NCBI RefSeq assembly: GCF_018350175.1
Contig: NC_058369.1
Location: 2,792,001-2,856,000, forward strand
Source: Felis catus
Taxonomy: Eukaryota
Direction of reading: 5' to 3'
DNA: 64,000 bases
Positions 34,421 through 46,327 of the stretch are shown in pieces (position 1 is the first letter of the stretch; every line of letters starts with the position of its first letter). The position numbers were made by a program, and so were the translations under genes. Under the pieces are notes generated by a model. The model did no database searches, had not been told where the DNA came from, and worked only from the letters and a program-made list of their open reading frames with translations.

Positions 34421-35338
34421 GGAGGGGGCTGGCGGTGGGGGGGGGGGTGCTGGGAACGAAGCCAACTGTTCTGTGCTCTCACGCAAGCAGGAAGGATAGG
34501 AGGGAAATGGCTCGGAACAGCAGACCGCAGCACGGGCCAAGAGCCCACAGGCAGATGACGGGCCCCGTGAATGCATCCAAACCCCCCCAAACCAGCGGAG
34601 AACCCCATCGGGCCCTTTCTGGACCAGGCCTTGGGAGCGAGGAGCGGGGCATTTAAAGTAACCAGATTCTAAACCCCAAGATGCCATTTCCCCTCCATCA
34701 GATTGGCCCAAATCACCGAGGCTGGTAACATTCAGAGCTGGCAACGCTGGCCAGAGTCTCTCTCCGCCCCTGCCAGACCTTTCTGGAAAGCCAACAGGCT
34801 TCAGATAAGAATTCTCAATCTGCTCGCCATGAGCCAGCCATTCCAGAACAGGGACTTCAACCGCCAGACAGTAGTTAAAGCGCCACAGTTGGGGCCACGT
34901 TCAAAGACCTTCCCCACGGCACTGCTTCTCACAGCAGAAGGTGGACGCCAGGGGCAGCCAGAACGGGCCTCAGCAGCAGGGGGGCACGCTCGTTAAGGGC
35001 TGGTGCCTAAAACGGGCTGTCCCCGCCGGTCATCGGGCACTCTCGACACGCCGACGCGTGCTAACTCCGGTAAGGCTCACAGCCAGCCCCAAGTAGGCGT
35101 AGGTATCACCCCGTGTTACAGACGGGGACACCGGGGCCCAGAGAAGTCAAGGCACTCGTTACTCAAGGCCACACCGCGATCGGGTGGAGGCCGGGCAGTA
35201 TGTCTGGGGCGCGCGCCCCCTAAACCACGCACCGTATCCCTCCTTCCGAAGAAAATAAAAGTTGATACCCACATGGGGGGAAACCCACGTTACCGCGGAT
35301 AAACAGCAAACCATGTTATGGAACAGCAGGTGTGGTGC

Positions 35339-35542
35339 CGGGGTTTCTCGTCCAGGGCGACTGTGTCTCCAGGGGACACGGGAGCTGTGTGTGGGCGCTT
35401 AGGGTCATCACAACCCGGGAGATCCCGGCACTGAATGGGCGGGGCCGGGGATTCTGCGCAACACCCCACGGCGCCCGGGACGGGGCCTCCAAAACAGAAT
35501 TCTCCGGCCCAAACGTCAATAGGGCCGAGGCGACGACCCCTG
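35339..35542 (+). mobile_element. MER20-like element
   Basis: caggggacac..tcacaacc..agaattctccggcccaaacgtcaatagggccgagg..cccctg. Confidence 0.7.
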
Positions 35543-36949
35543 GTGTGGTATGGAACCATCTCGGCACAAAGACGCTTAGGGACTTCTCTAATCCCTGAGC
35601 AGGAGGGAAAGTGTGGAGACTTACTGCCCAAACTTAGGACTCACATCAGGAGAAACGGGCCCGGAAGGGAAGGAGCAGCTTGTAATTTTAAAGCGAGGGA
35701 AGTAAACGATTTGCTGGGGGAGTCAGATTTCTGCGCATTTTGGTGACAGGCAGTCGGGGCTGACCCCTTATCTTCCTGCCCCCCACGCTCAGACCCAGCC
35801 ACCGCTGGGGCCTGGGGCTTTATCTGCCCCCCAGTGGCTCACGGAGCCCCTGATAAAATAAACGTCTGCTATGCGGCTTTCTTGTGGTCACTGAGTCTTG
35901 GGCTGTTTTGTCTCTGACCAGCGCAGGCCAGAGGGTTGATAGCGGAGGTCAGGGGTTTGATAACGGAGCGCGCTGGGTCCCCGAACCGCGTCTAGGGCTA
36001 GCCAGGCCAGGGCACCAGTCCCCGCCCAGACCAAGGGCGAGGCAACAGGATGGTCGAATGAAGCGGGTCATCTACCAAGCGCTTCCAGATGGCAGTGGGG
36101 ACAGGAGCGGTGGGAGCCTTCCAGAACCAGGGGGACACTCGCTGGCCCTGGCGCTCTCTCTCCAGACTCCCCCCCCCCCGCTGCACGCAGCAGACCCCAC
36201 CTGCCAAGGAAGCTTCAGGAGGCCTGGGGGAGAAGGAAGACGGGTGCCCATGTGGGTGTCTGCAGGGCCTCTGCTGGTGAGGGCTGCCTGAGGAGGATCC
36301 TGCAGATCCGGAAACTTCTGTCTGGAGGCTTGAGAATGCCACCCAGAGGGAGCCTTGCAGGAGCGGGGGCCATTCCTCTGGGCAGCAGTTAGGGAACAGC
36401 AGGTGGGGGGAGCCCATGGGCCAGACCAGGCCACCGGGCTCCCCCCACCTGCTGTTCTGAAGACCGAGGGAGGAGGCAGGGGCCCTACACACCAGGAGCC
36501 GCCCCCCAGCGTCCAGGTAGAAGGCTGGGGCGGGGGCTATTTCTGCCCCCCCCCACACTTGCCTGCAGAGCCACCGCACTGAAGGCATTTTGAGAAGCCA
36601 CGTCCTTAGCCCCCTCCTGTGATAAGGAGGTAAACTGAGGCCCAGAAAGGCAATGAATGGCCACTGCACCGGAGACCGGGGCTGGTGACTCCCACGAAGA
36701 GAAATGAGATAGTCAGGAGGCCCAGATGGCCTCGAAGACCCCCCACGTCCACGCGGGCAGCGCCTGCCCTTCACCACCAATAAGCTGTGCCCATAGGGGT
36801 GACTGCCCGTGGAAGGAAGGGGCGATCCCCCAAGCGGATGCCAGCAAGGTGGGCCCCCCCCCCCCCGCAGCAGTGTGTCCAGGAAGGGGGAGGGGGCACA
36901 TCTGGGACAGTGTCACCTCCCTGCTATGCCCACCTAGGAGACCTGGCCT

Positions 36950-37760
36950 CTCACCGGCACGGAGGTACTCCACCATCCCACACGCCGACAGGCCTGGGTG
37001 GGATGCCGTCCCCAGGCGCCCTCGGCAGGGGGCGGCGCACCCACCCACAGCGTGGTCTCATCGCCCCCCCTCCAGACGGGAGGACCCGTCTTCCCCGCGC
37101 GCCTCCGGAGGGGGCTGCTGCCCCCACGGCCTCCCAGAACGGGGCCCTGCACCCACCCCCGCGGTCCCCCCCCCCCGGCATCCCGGGGAAGGGCGGCGCC
37201 GCCCCGAGCCCCCCAGGCGGGGCGCTCCATCCTCCCCCGAGCCCCGCGTCCCATCCCCCCCGCGAGCGCCCCCGAGTGGAACGTTCCGGCCTCGCAGCCG
37301 CGGGTCCCGCCGCCCCTCCGGCGCTCGGGCGGGTCCACTGGGCCCCGGCGGGGGGAGGCCAGGCGGGTCCACTCGGGGAGCGAGGAAGGACGGAGGTCCG
37401 GGACCGTTACCTGCCGCCGCCCCGCTCTCCGAGGCCCAGGACGCCTCCGAGGTCACGGCCCCCGCCTCGGCGCTCTCCGCCTCGTCCGGCACCTCCAGCT
37501 CCATGGCCGCGCGCGCGGACCGGCCGGCGGCTGCACCCGAGCTGCGGCCGCCGCCGCCGAACAACAACCGCCGCCGGCCGGAGGGCGGAGGGAGGGGGCC
37601 GGGCCCAGGGAGCGGGGGGCGGGCCCGGAGGCGGGGCCGGCGTGCGCCGTGGCGCAGCGCGCGCGCCGCCAATCGGGGCTCGGGGGGTGGGCCCGCGTGC
37701 GTCTCCGCGCCTCGAGCGCCCCCAAGCGCCCGGGGGGTGGAAGGGCAGCGGCTTGCCCTC
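36950..37760. promoter_or_regulatory. PIP5K1C: CpG island and promoter of PIP5K1C
   Basis: Very dense CpG around exon 1; GC boxes at ~37580-37640; CCAAT (gccaatcgg) at ~37668; no TATA box. Confidence 0.9.
37411..37504 (-). CDS. PIP5K1C: PIP5K1C exon 1 coding part ([31 protein letters not shown])
   Basis: gccATGG Kozak context, G|gtaacg donor, 94 nt. Confidence 0.96.
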
Positions 37761-38384
37761 GGCTTAATCCTATTGCCCTAATCCTCTCGCAGGTGATAAA
37801 CACGAGTCATGTCCAAGATTAATCAAGTATCTACCGTCATATTGCAGGTGACACTTATGGCATACGCTTTGTCCTAAGTAGGAATTCTAATGGCATAATA
37901 AATGAGTTTGATTTGTGTTATATGCACAGTGTATAAATGAGGCGGTATTGAGATAGACATACCAATGCCATTGCTAAACAAAGTACATTATTATGATGTA
38001 TATAGTGTCAACGTATAACATGCACGTATCATATATATGACGTATGACATCACGTACAACATAATGGTAAGTAAGTTATAAGTGACAACATGATCAAAAG
38101 CCAGGCTGGGCGCTAAAGCCTCTGCATGCGATGCGTAGTTGGGGACCTATTTCTTGTTTACTTGTTTGTTTGTTTCTTTTTACTGCTAATACGCTCCCAG
38201 TACCTAACATAGAACAGAACACCTAGAATAAAATACATATTTGATAGTATTGATCAACCAGATGGGAACCGTTATCATTTCCGTTTTACGCACAAGAAAA
38301 GGGGAGTTCAGAAAGCTGAAGCCACTTGCTTGGAATCACAAAGAATCATTACCATGCTGCGCCTCAGTGTATGAAGAATGACGA

Positions 38385-38596
38385 GGGGCGCCTGGGTGGC
38401 TCAATCCGTTGGGCGTCTGACTTCGGCTCGGGGCATGATCTCGCAGCTTGTGAGCTCAAGCCCCGAGTCAGGCTCTGTGCTGACAGCTGGGAGCCTGGAG
38501 CCTCTTCAGATTCTGTGTCTTTCTCTCTCTCTCTGCCCCTCCCCCGCTCACACTCTGTCTCTCAAAAGTAAATAAACATTAAAACAAACAAAAAAA
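38385..38596 (+). mobile_element. CAN-SINE
   Basis: Full head-to-tail copy; aagaat on both flanks. Confidence 0.92.
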
Positions 38597-39084
38597 GAAT
38601 AATTGTGTTCACTCCGTCATTAAAGTTTAATGGTGAATTTATTAATGACATGGCTAGGAGGTTACTAATTCTGAGGTCACGATTCGGGGGATAATAAATG
38701 TTGGTATTATTAGGTTTATTCGTGACTAATGATTTCTGCCGAGGGGGGGGATAGTGGGGGAGTCTGGGCGCCCAGCTAGTGAGGGACAGACCTAGGATGT
38801 TTCCACCCAAGCCTGTCTGAGTCCGGAGACTGTGTGGGGTGCTTGGCGATGAGACGATAGGGAATCAGGAAAATGGAGCGGGTCACAGGCACACCTGGAG
38901 GTTACAAAGATGTTTCTGAAATGTTCTCCATCAAAACAAGGACACAAGTCAGGAAAGGGAAGGGATGAAGAACAGAATTCGGGATGTGGCAAAAGGAATC
39001 CCCAGCTTAGCTGGCTGTGCCCCGTTAGAAGACCGCCAACCCGTAGTGGACTCGAAAGGCTCCAGGGAATCAGAAGGTGAAGGA

Positions 39085-39510
39085 GAAACACGATGTGTCC
39101 ATCCACACGTTGGAATATTATCCAGCCTTGGAAAAGAAGGCAATCTGCCACCTGCTACAATATGGATGGACCCGGACGTCCCTGTGCGCGGTGACAGGAG
39201 CCGGACACAGAAGGACACGTCCCGCGTGACCCCACTCACAGGGGGTCCCCAGAGAAGTCCCGTCTGTCCACAGAGACAGAGAGCGGATGGTGGGAGCCAG
39301 GGGTGGGGCAGGGGGCGGGGAGTCCGTGCTTCCTGCGGACAGAGGCTCAGTCTGGGGAGATGGAAAGTTCTGGAGACGGGTGGTGGGGGCGGGTGCACGA
39401 GAGCGTGAGCGTGCCTGATGCCAGTGCACTTAGAGACGGTTAAGGTGGCACATTTTACGTTATGTGCATTTTACCATCGTTTAAAACCAAAAAAAAAAAA
39501 AAAAAAAAAA
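39085..39510 (+). mobile_element. L1MB-type 3' end with poly(A) tail
   Basis: ggaatattatccagcctt..cagagacagagag..gatggaaagttctggaga..attttacgttatgtgcattttacca plus A tract. Confidence 0.8.
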
Positions 39511-39589
39511 AGGCTCCAGTTAGAGCTCTTTGGACACACGCCATAGACAGATCTCCTGAATCATCTTGAATCTGTTTTGAAAGACGAGA

Positions 39590-39787
39590 GCAGGGGTTCT
39601 TGGACCAGCAGCGTCGGCATCAGCATCATCTGGGAGCTCGTTAGACGTTCCCAGGGCATCAGACCTCCTGTATCCAACACACCCACCACCCGCGGGACCT
39701 ATAATCCGAGTTTCAAGGACCCCCCCCTCACGCCCCCACCCTGACACTCCAGGCGATTCAGATGCCCGAGTTTGAAAGCCACTGCTT
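39590..39787. mobile_element. MER5A-like hAT remnant
   Basis: ggaccagcagc..atcagcatcatctgggagctcgttaga..cagacct..gtttgaaagccactg. Confidence 0.65.
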
Positions 39788-39844
39788 CAGACACGTGGAG
39801 AAGGGCCGGGGGTCGGGCCAACGATAAGGATCAGGACGAAGAAG

Positions 39845-39875
<31 letters not shown>

Positions 39876-40342
39876 CAACTCTCAGGTTGATTCTGAATCT
39901 CTCCTGGAAGGAAGTCAATACGAAAACTGAAATCACCGAAAAGTAGCAAAACAGGTCTTCTCTAGACACGCGGAAGTGTATGTCAGTCGGTTGAAAGACG
40001 GAGGGGCCCTCTGGGAAGGGTGAGATCGTGGGGTGGCAATGGTACCGCTAAGTGTAGCGAATCGAAATGAACATTTGACCCTTCGGAGTGCGCGCGTTAA
40101 GCGCGCGCATTACTGAAAACACACGAAAGTCATAAATAATAAATAAAACACCCCCAAACTAGTGTTGCTGTGGGAGGCAGGAGAGCTTGGGCAGGGAAGG
40201 GGGAGGAGGGGCGAGGGGCGGGGGCGGGGGGAGGACGCAGCTTCTGACCCTCCTCCTCCCTCCTCTCACATCCCTGCTCCTTGGTTCCCATTTCACAGGC
40301 TGGGAAACGGAGGCTCCCGGCTGGGGCCGGTTTCCTGGTTTC

Positions 40343-40360
40343 TGGCGCCCCCTGGTGGCT
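40343..40360 (-). promoter_or_regulatory. Strong CTCF consensus site between the two promoters
   Basis: Reverse complement AGCCACCAGGGGGCGCCA. Confidence 0.65.
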
Positions 40361-40679
40361 ATTACCGTCAGCACCAGGTGCTGCAGATGGGGACTCCACG
40401 CGTCGTCTGTCCTACAATTCACTCATTCATTCATTCATTTTTGCCACAAATTATCTACTGAGCACCCGCTGTATACCAGGCGCTGTTCCAGGCCACGGAG
40501 ACACAGGAACGAGCAACACAAAATCCCCGAGCTCAATGAGGTGACAGGCTGGAACGGCAGATAAGGGGCCACACGACACGAGGTAGTTTCAGGGGCCACA
40601 CGACGACAGAACGGGTTGGATAAAGACGGACTTAACGGATAAGGCGTTCGGATGCATTCAGCGCCTGCCCCGGCGTGGT

Positions 40680-41135
40680 CCCATGCGACCATCATGCAAG
40701 CCGATTTAAATTTAAAACTTTCAGTGTGGTTTTAAATGTTCTAGGAATCACAGTTCGAAGGGGGAAAAGTGACCAGGGAAGGTGAATTTTAACAGTATGG
40801 GGCGCCTGGGTGGTTCAGTCGGTTGAGGGTCCGAGGTCAGCCCCCCGGGGTCATGATCTCACGATTGGTGAGTTCGAGCCCCACATCCGGCTCTGCGCTC
40901 TGCTCACCCTCTCTGTCTCAAAAATAAATAAAACATTTTAATAAAAAAATATATATATGTCGTTTAACCCAGTACATCCGAAGTATTGTCATTTCAACGC
41001 GGAATCAATATTAAAAATAGCGACGCGTTTTCCGTTCTTTTTCGCCTGCTGAGCCTTCCAGATCCACGTGTGTCTTACACTCACCCAAACCTTGTCCTTC
41101 CGCCCCGTGGGTGGGTAGTGGCTGGAGGGTGTGGG
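40680..41135 (+). mobile_element. MER33-like DNA element interrupted by a SINE
   Basis: tttaacccagtacatccgaagtattgtcatttcaacgcggaatcaatat matches the recalled MER33. Confidence 0.6.
40799..40949 (+). mobile_element. Internally deleted CAN-SINE
   Basis: Head, gagttcgagcccc B-box and A tail; middle segment missing. Confidence 0.85.
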
Positions 41136-41599
41136 CCTACTGGGCGCCCACTTGACAAGCACGCATTCATTTCTTCGACCTTCGAAACGGCCCTAGGAAG
41201 CAGGTGCTGAGTGTTTTCCCCACTTCTCGGGCGAGGAAACTGACAAGGCTCGGTGACTTGCCCAAGGCCACCCAGCGGGGAAACGGTTGACCCTTCCTGG
41301 CCTCAGAATCCCGGCCGGTGAGCCTGGGGCCGAGAGGCGGAATTTGCGCTCAGATCTGTCCGGTGGGAAGTGGACCGTCTCTCGGCAAGTGCGAGGGCTT
41401 GGCGGTCTCGGGTTCAAGGACAGTAGTGAGAAGGGGGGCGGGGGTTTCCCCGAGGACCTGCCCGCGTGTCCCAGTCCCCGCGCTGACGCCAGGGGCTCAA
41501 GGTTCAGCGGCGTGAGCAGGGCGGGAGCCCGGCGTCCCCGGGGCCTCTGGGTGAGCAGGGGTTAAGGCCAGCTGCTCCCACGTGAGGGCACCTTGCGAC

Positions 41600-41832
41600 A
41601 GAGGCACATACCCAACCAGCGGCCGGGTTCTCACTCCCGTTGTGCACCTCGTCCTGCTGGTTCCACCTGGCGCGGGACAGACGTGCTGCCTCCACGCGGG
41701 AGGACAGAGCTGGGGAAACAGGTGGGGAGGACAGAGCTCAGCCCTCAGGTCCCCTCCCTACCTGCATGCCAGGCGGGCACCCAGGCCCCGGCTCCTGCCA
41801 CCTGCCCCAAGGCCACCGGGCCTCCTGGACGG
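41600..41832 (+). promoter_or_regulatory. TJP3: Probable TJP3 upstream promoter and non-coding exon 1 (3' end 41832; start site uncertain)
   Basis: Strong donor CGG|GTAAGT at 41833; E-boxes at 41664, 41719 and 41799; position fits the recalled human TJP3 non-coding first exon. Confidence 0.6.
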
Positions 41833-43279
41833 GTAAGTCCCCCACCCTGCTCCGCGCGGACTGACTCCCTGACCACAGGGTCCTGGGACCTCCATCACCT
41901 CCCCCGGCCGCCCAGAAAGCAGGAAACTGACACTCGTGTGTGGGCGTTTGACATAGTTTCTAAGGGATTATCTGGCTGGCGGTTACTGTCCCTGGCAACC
42001 TGCCCGGACGCCAGAGCCAGCGACTTAAAAGGGTCATTGTTGGCCCAGGTGGTGCCAGGGAGGCAGAGGAGGCCCAGGCTGGTCTCTGATCCCCCAAAGT
42101 GAGGAAGGGAGGCCCGGGCAGGGAGGGGGCCGGCAAGGCAGCCCGGCTCCCAGTCGGTGTGTGGGCCTCTTGGAGCTTCTGAAGAGACTCCCAAGTTTCC
42201 AGACAGTGGCGCCCCCTCCCCCCCTCCCGACCCCCCACCGCCGGGACCTGCCGGAGCCTGGGAAGGGGTCCCACGGTGGCCTTACCACGGCGATGGGGGC
42301 CCCGGGACCCTGTCTGGATTCCTTCCCTGGGCAAAACTTGCCAGCGGAGAGATGTAGGAAGGGGGCAGGGGCGGCGGCCAGAGCCTCCCGTGGGCAAGGA
42401 GCCAGTTGGTCCCCAGGGCCAAGGAAGCCCGGAACCTACAGAGGACAGGGTCCGGCGGCGACAGTTTTTTCTGGGTCGTTTGCTCCCCAAAGGGCAGCAC
42501 AAAGAGGGCTTCCTGGCCAGCCAAGTGTCCGATTGTACCTCAAGTCTCTTTGTCTGGGACAGAGAGGGCCCCCTGGGGCCAGGGAGGCACAGGCCTATGA
42601 GTCTCGGGGCATACGGCTGGTCTGGAATTTGGGGACACTCGTGCCGAGCAGAGCGATGTCAAGTCTGGGGTCTGCGGGGTTGGAAGGAGATATATCTGGG
42701 CTGTCAGATCCCACCCGCCTGGGGTCTGGGGAGAAAGCCTGTGGACTCAGATAGACCCAGCCTCCAGCCCCTTCGCCTATCTGAACCTCAGTCTTCCACT
42801 CCATAAAATGGGTGCAGGTCGAGTCAGCACGACCCAGGGCTGCTGAGCGCAGCAAATGATAACGTGGGTAATAGATTCTCAGTCATCGGGGGTTGGGGTA
42901 AACCGTCCCACCCCAAGTCAGAACTCAGAATTCCAGGCGAGTCGCAATGTCCCATCCACCTTCGCGGTAGACAGGAGTTGAAGTCGGGCTCAGAGAGGGG
43001 TAGCCACTTGCCCGGGGCTGCACAGGAAAGTAGGGCAGAAAGGAGAAGAGGGACGACTGGGGGCTGCCCCTGCCCGCACCCCCCCCCCCCAACCAACCCT
43101 CCAAGCTAAGCATCTTGTAAACGTCCTGCCTCCTGGGCTCAGTGCTTCCGTGTGGCCCTGGGTTGTGGGGAAAGTCCGCGGAGGCAAATTCGGGTTTCTG
43201 TTTGGCCTTCAGCCAGAGGAGCAGTATGTGCTCAGGGAGGAGCCTGACACCCTTTGGAACGGGCTGAGGTTCGTGGGAG

Positions 43280-44000
43280 ATGGCCCTGGGAGGAGGGGCT
43301 GCCCAGGGAGTGAACCTGCATTTATCAAGCACCTACTGTATGCTGGGTGCCCTTCCGGGCCTTGGGGAGTCAGCAGGGGACCAGACCAACAATAATCCCT
43401 TGTCTTGTGGGCTTGTGTTTTGGTAGCAGAAGACAGACAAGAAACCAGAGATATAATAAGGAAGTAAATCGTATCCGGGGTTAAAGAGTGGTCAGTCTCA
43501 CAGAGGGAAAGAACGCAAAAGACCCACAGGGGCAGGAATAAAACGGGCAGAGGGGTATTTTACAACCTTGCGTAGAAAGATTAGAGGCAGGCTTCTTGAG
43601 AAGGTGACGTTTGAGCCGTCTTGAAGGAAGTGAGTTTGGGGAACGAGCATTCCAGACAGAGGGCACAGCCCGTGCAAAGGTCCTGGGGCAGGACCAGGCC
43701 TGGAGTTGGAGGGACAACCAGGAGGCCCTTGTAGCTAGAGCAGAGTGGGAGAGGGGGAGAGAGAGAGAGGAGGGGAGGGGAGGGGAGGGATGGGAACAGG
43801 GCAGGCTGTGCGGGGTGCTGGGGATTAGGGGCGGATTTAGGCTTTTACCCCAGGGAGGTGGGAGCCCTGGAGGGCTGTAGGCAGAGGAGGGCAGGACCTG
43901 ACTCGGGGCTCGAAGGCGCCCCCCGGCGGCCGCTGCGGGGAGGACAGACTGTGGGCTCGAGGGCAGAACCAGGGGGGACCAGGGAGGCCACACCTGGAGG
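43280..44000 (-). mobile_element. L2 remnant including its 3' end
   Basis: catttatcaagcacctactgtatgc..gaaggtgacgtttgagc..agcattccagacagaggg..gtgcaaaggtcctggggcagg. Confidence 0.8.
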
Positions 44001-44979
44001 CCCTGCTAGAATGTGGCTTTCAACCGAACAAGCAAACCATTTCATTCTGGAATCATGTACAAGTGACATGGCAGCAAAGTCGTAGCCATAAGGAATGTCC
44101 CAGGGCTTGGCAACACGGGGGTCCTGGGGCACCTTCCTGAGAGCACCGTGGTGGAGGAGGGAAGGAAGGTGAGGAGGGGCACGTGGACTCTTCCAGAAGC
44201 TTGCAGTGGATGGAATGGAGCTGGAGGGGCCTCACGGAAGGGATCCCCACCCCCACCCCCAGATGGGAGGAAGCCGGAGTTCTGGAAGGAAGCCGGGGAA
44301 GAGCAGAGCCCAGCTGGGGGTAGCACCCAGACCCCTGACACCTTTCTCACAGCGTCCGTGGTCAGCCCGGCCTCTGCACCTGTACCCCAGGCCAGCTGTC
44401 CTCGGCCACCGCTCGTTAAAGGCCCCCCCCACGACCCCCACGTGGCCAACCCTCATGTGCCCAGTGGCTGCGCCAGCCACACCCGGAATGTTCCTTCCAG
44501 AATACCCAGCAACTGCTCTTTCTACTTTCAGAATCTCAGGTGACTCCCCGGGAGCGATTTGTTCACCTAGTAGGCACTGACTGCATACCGGGCGCTGTTC
44601 TAGGTGCTTGGGAGGCTACAGGGGTAGAGCTCACAGAGGCCGGCAGGGAGCAGGCGCCTCCCAGAGAGAGCCCCACGGAGAGGAGTGCAGCCAATAAGCG
44701 GGAACTGTGGCTCGAGAACATTCCGTAGCTCCTCAGGGCTTGCGGACTTCATGGATGTCCGATCCGTGCCGGGCTTTGGCGTGTGCGCGAACACCGTCCG
44801 CGCTTCCTTTTGCCTTTGAATCACTTTACGGCCCCGTAAATTATGGGAAACTGGCAACATTGCGAATGACTCTGATCCCCAGAAATGCAAGTGAGTTTTG
44901 CCCAGTGGAGACTTTACTGCCCTACGGACCCGTGGCTGTCGATGAGCTTACCATCCATTTCTGAATTCATTTCGGCATT

Positions 44980-45112
44980 CTTTTTCCTTTCTCTTTTTTT
45001 AAGGTTATTTACGTTGTGCGTGTGTGTGAGAGAGAGAGAAACGAGTGGGAGAAGGGCCGAGAGAGAGGGAGAGGGAATCCCAAGCAGGCTCTGTTCTCAG
45101 CACGGAGCCGGA
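44980..45112 (-). mobile_element. Partial CAN-SINE (3' half)
   Basis: T tail, (GA)n, gaatcccaagcaggctc. Confidence 0.8.
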
Positions 45113-45114
45113 TA

Positions 45115-45600
45115 AGCCCGAGTCTTCACTGAGGCCCCCAAGGCCCTGCAGGACGTGCCCCGGCCCCTCCCTGCCTTCCCCTCCTCCCTCTCTCCCCCTC
45201 TCACTCCGCTCCAGCCACACGGGCCTCCCGGCTCCTCCAACATGCCCAGGTCCTGCCGCAGGGCCTTTGCACAGGCTGTGCCCTCACCTAGATCTCCCCA
45301 TGGCTCCTCCCTCATCTCCTTTAGGTCTAATTGTTCCTCTGCTCCGACGCCTCTCACCTCTGGCCTCTCACCTCCATCACGCCTCCTAAACGTAGTCCTT
45401 ATTTTGAGTGCCCTTCCTCCGGGAAGCCCTCCCTGAGCCCCCAGCCCCTGTCGTGTCTCCCTGCTGACGCTCTCAGAAGTCTAGGTTGTACTTTTTATTC
45501 ACGTTGGGTGACGACTCGGTCGTCGTCTTGCTCTCCCGGGTCTGTCCCGTCAGTCCTGCGTGTACACAGAGGGGGCTCCGTAAATGCAGATGAACCAACC
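45115..45600 (+). mobile_element. L2 remnant
   Basis: ctcactccgctccagccacac..cagggcctttgcacaggctgt. Confidence 0.65.
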
Positions 45601-46234
45601 AGAGCCAGCCGGGCCGCAGAGCTGCTCCGGGGCCTCCTTGGGTTGGAGCGACACCTGTTCGACCACAGATACGGCCTCAGCCTCCTACAGCCCAGCAAAG
45701 CAGCCTCCACCAGGGAGGGCCCAAGCCCCCTGTGTGACACCCCCCCCCCGACACCCCCCACCCCCCAGGCTCCCACCTCTCCTGCGGCCACACTCTGAGG
45801 GGCCTCAGCCCAGCCCAGGCCGCCTCTCTGCCTCAGTTTCCCTCTAGGCCCTCAGAAAGGCGGAGCAGGGTCGTCCCAGAAGGACTTCGGCGACCCCACC
45901 GTCCACAGCGCCCTCCCTTCCCTTCCCTCCCTCCTTCACGCTGTGCCCACACTGCCCCCTCCTGGTTGAATCTGGCATTGAAATTTCAGACGGGAAGTCC
46001 GTTCTTGCGGGCTCCCGCTCGCGTGCTTGGCCCCGAACAGTTTCGCGGCGCCTTAACGACCGGATGAACAAAACAATGAACGTGTGAATGAAATGGATTG
46101 ATGACAAGCAGGTTTTTACTTCCTCAAAGGCATCTGGCGGTCAGGAGCGGCTGGACTAGTGGGCTTAAGGCCGCTCCTCTGGCCTGTGAAACTGCGCCGA
46201 CTGGCCACGCCCTTTTTCCCAGCCCTGCATTTGC

Positions 46235-46327
46235 CCGGCCGGTTGGTGGAGCGTTTGACACTTGATCTCGGGGTCGTGGGTTCAGGCCCCACCTTGGGCG
46301 TGGCGCGTACTTAAAAAAAAAAAAAAA
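46235..46327 (+). mobile_element. Short tRNA-derived SINE with poly(A)
   Basis: ggtggagcg..cttgatctcggggtcgtgggttcaggcccc plus A tract. Confidence 0.65.

Larger units (their letters stand above)
780..37504 (-). other. PIP5K1C: PIP5K1C gene body (phosphatidylinositol-4-phosphate 5-kinase type I gamma), coding exons 1-11; the gene continues past the left edge
   Basis: Eleven GT-AG exons (94+32+93+131+118+153+300+206+84+49+85 = 1345 nt) splice into one frame starting [20 protein letters not shown] motifs present: IIKTV, DLKGS, MDYSL, IIDILQ and activation loop KKLEHTWKALVHDGDTVSV. Confidence 0.98.

Noticed and set aside
36726..37822. ORFs of 274-351 aa across the PIP5K1C CpG island
   Set aside because: Several frames are open at once; a CpG-island artefact.
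40563..40605. Short direct repeat aggggccacacgac x2; similar small repeats at ~33855, ~51965 and ~57668
   Set aside because: Two or three short copies with no functional context; ordinary slippage.
46235..46327. tRNA-like sequences here and at 28853
   Set aside because: Degenerate, followed by poly(A), no intact cloverleaf; treated as short tRNA-derived SINEs, not tRNA genes.
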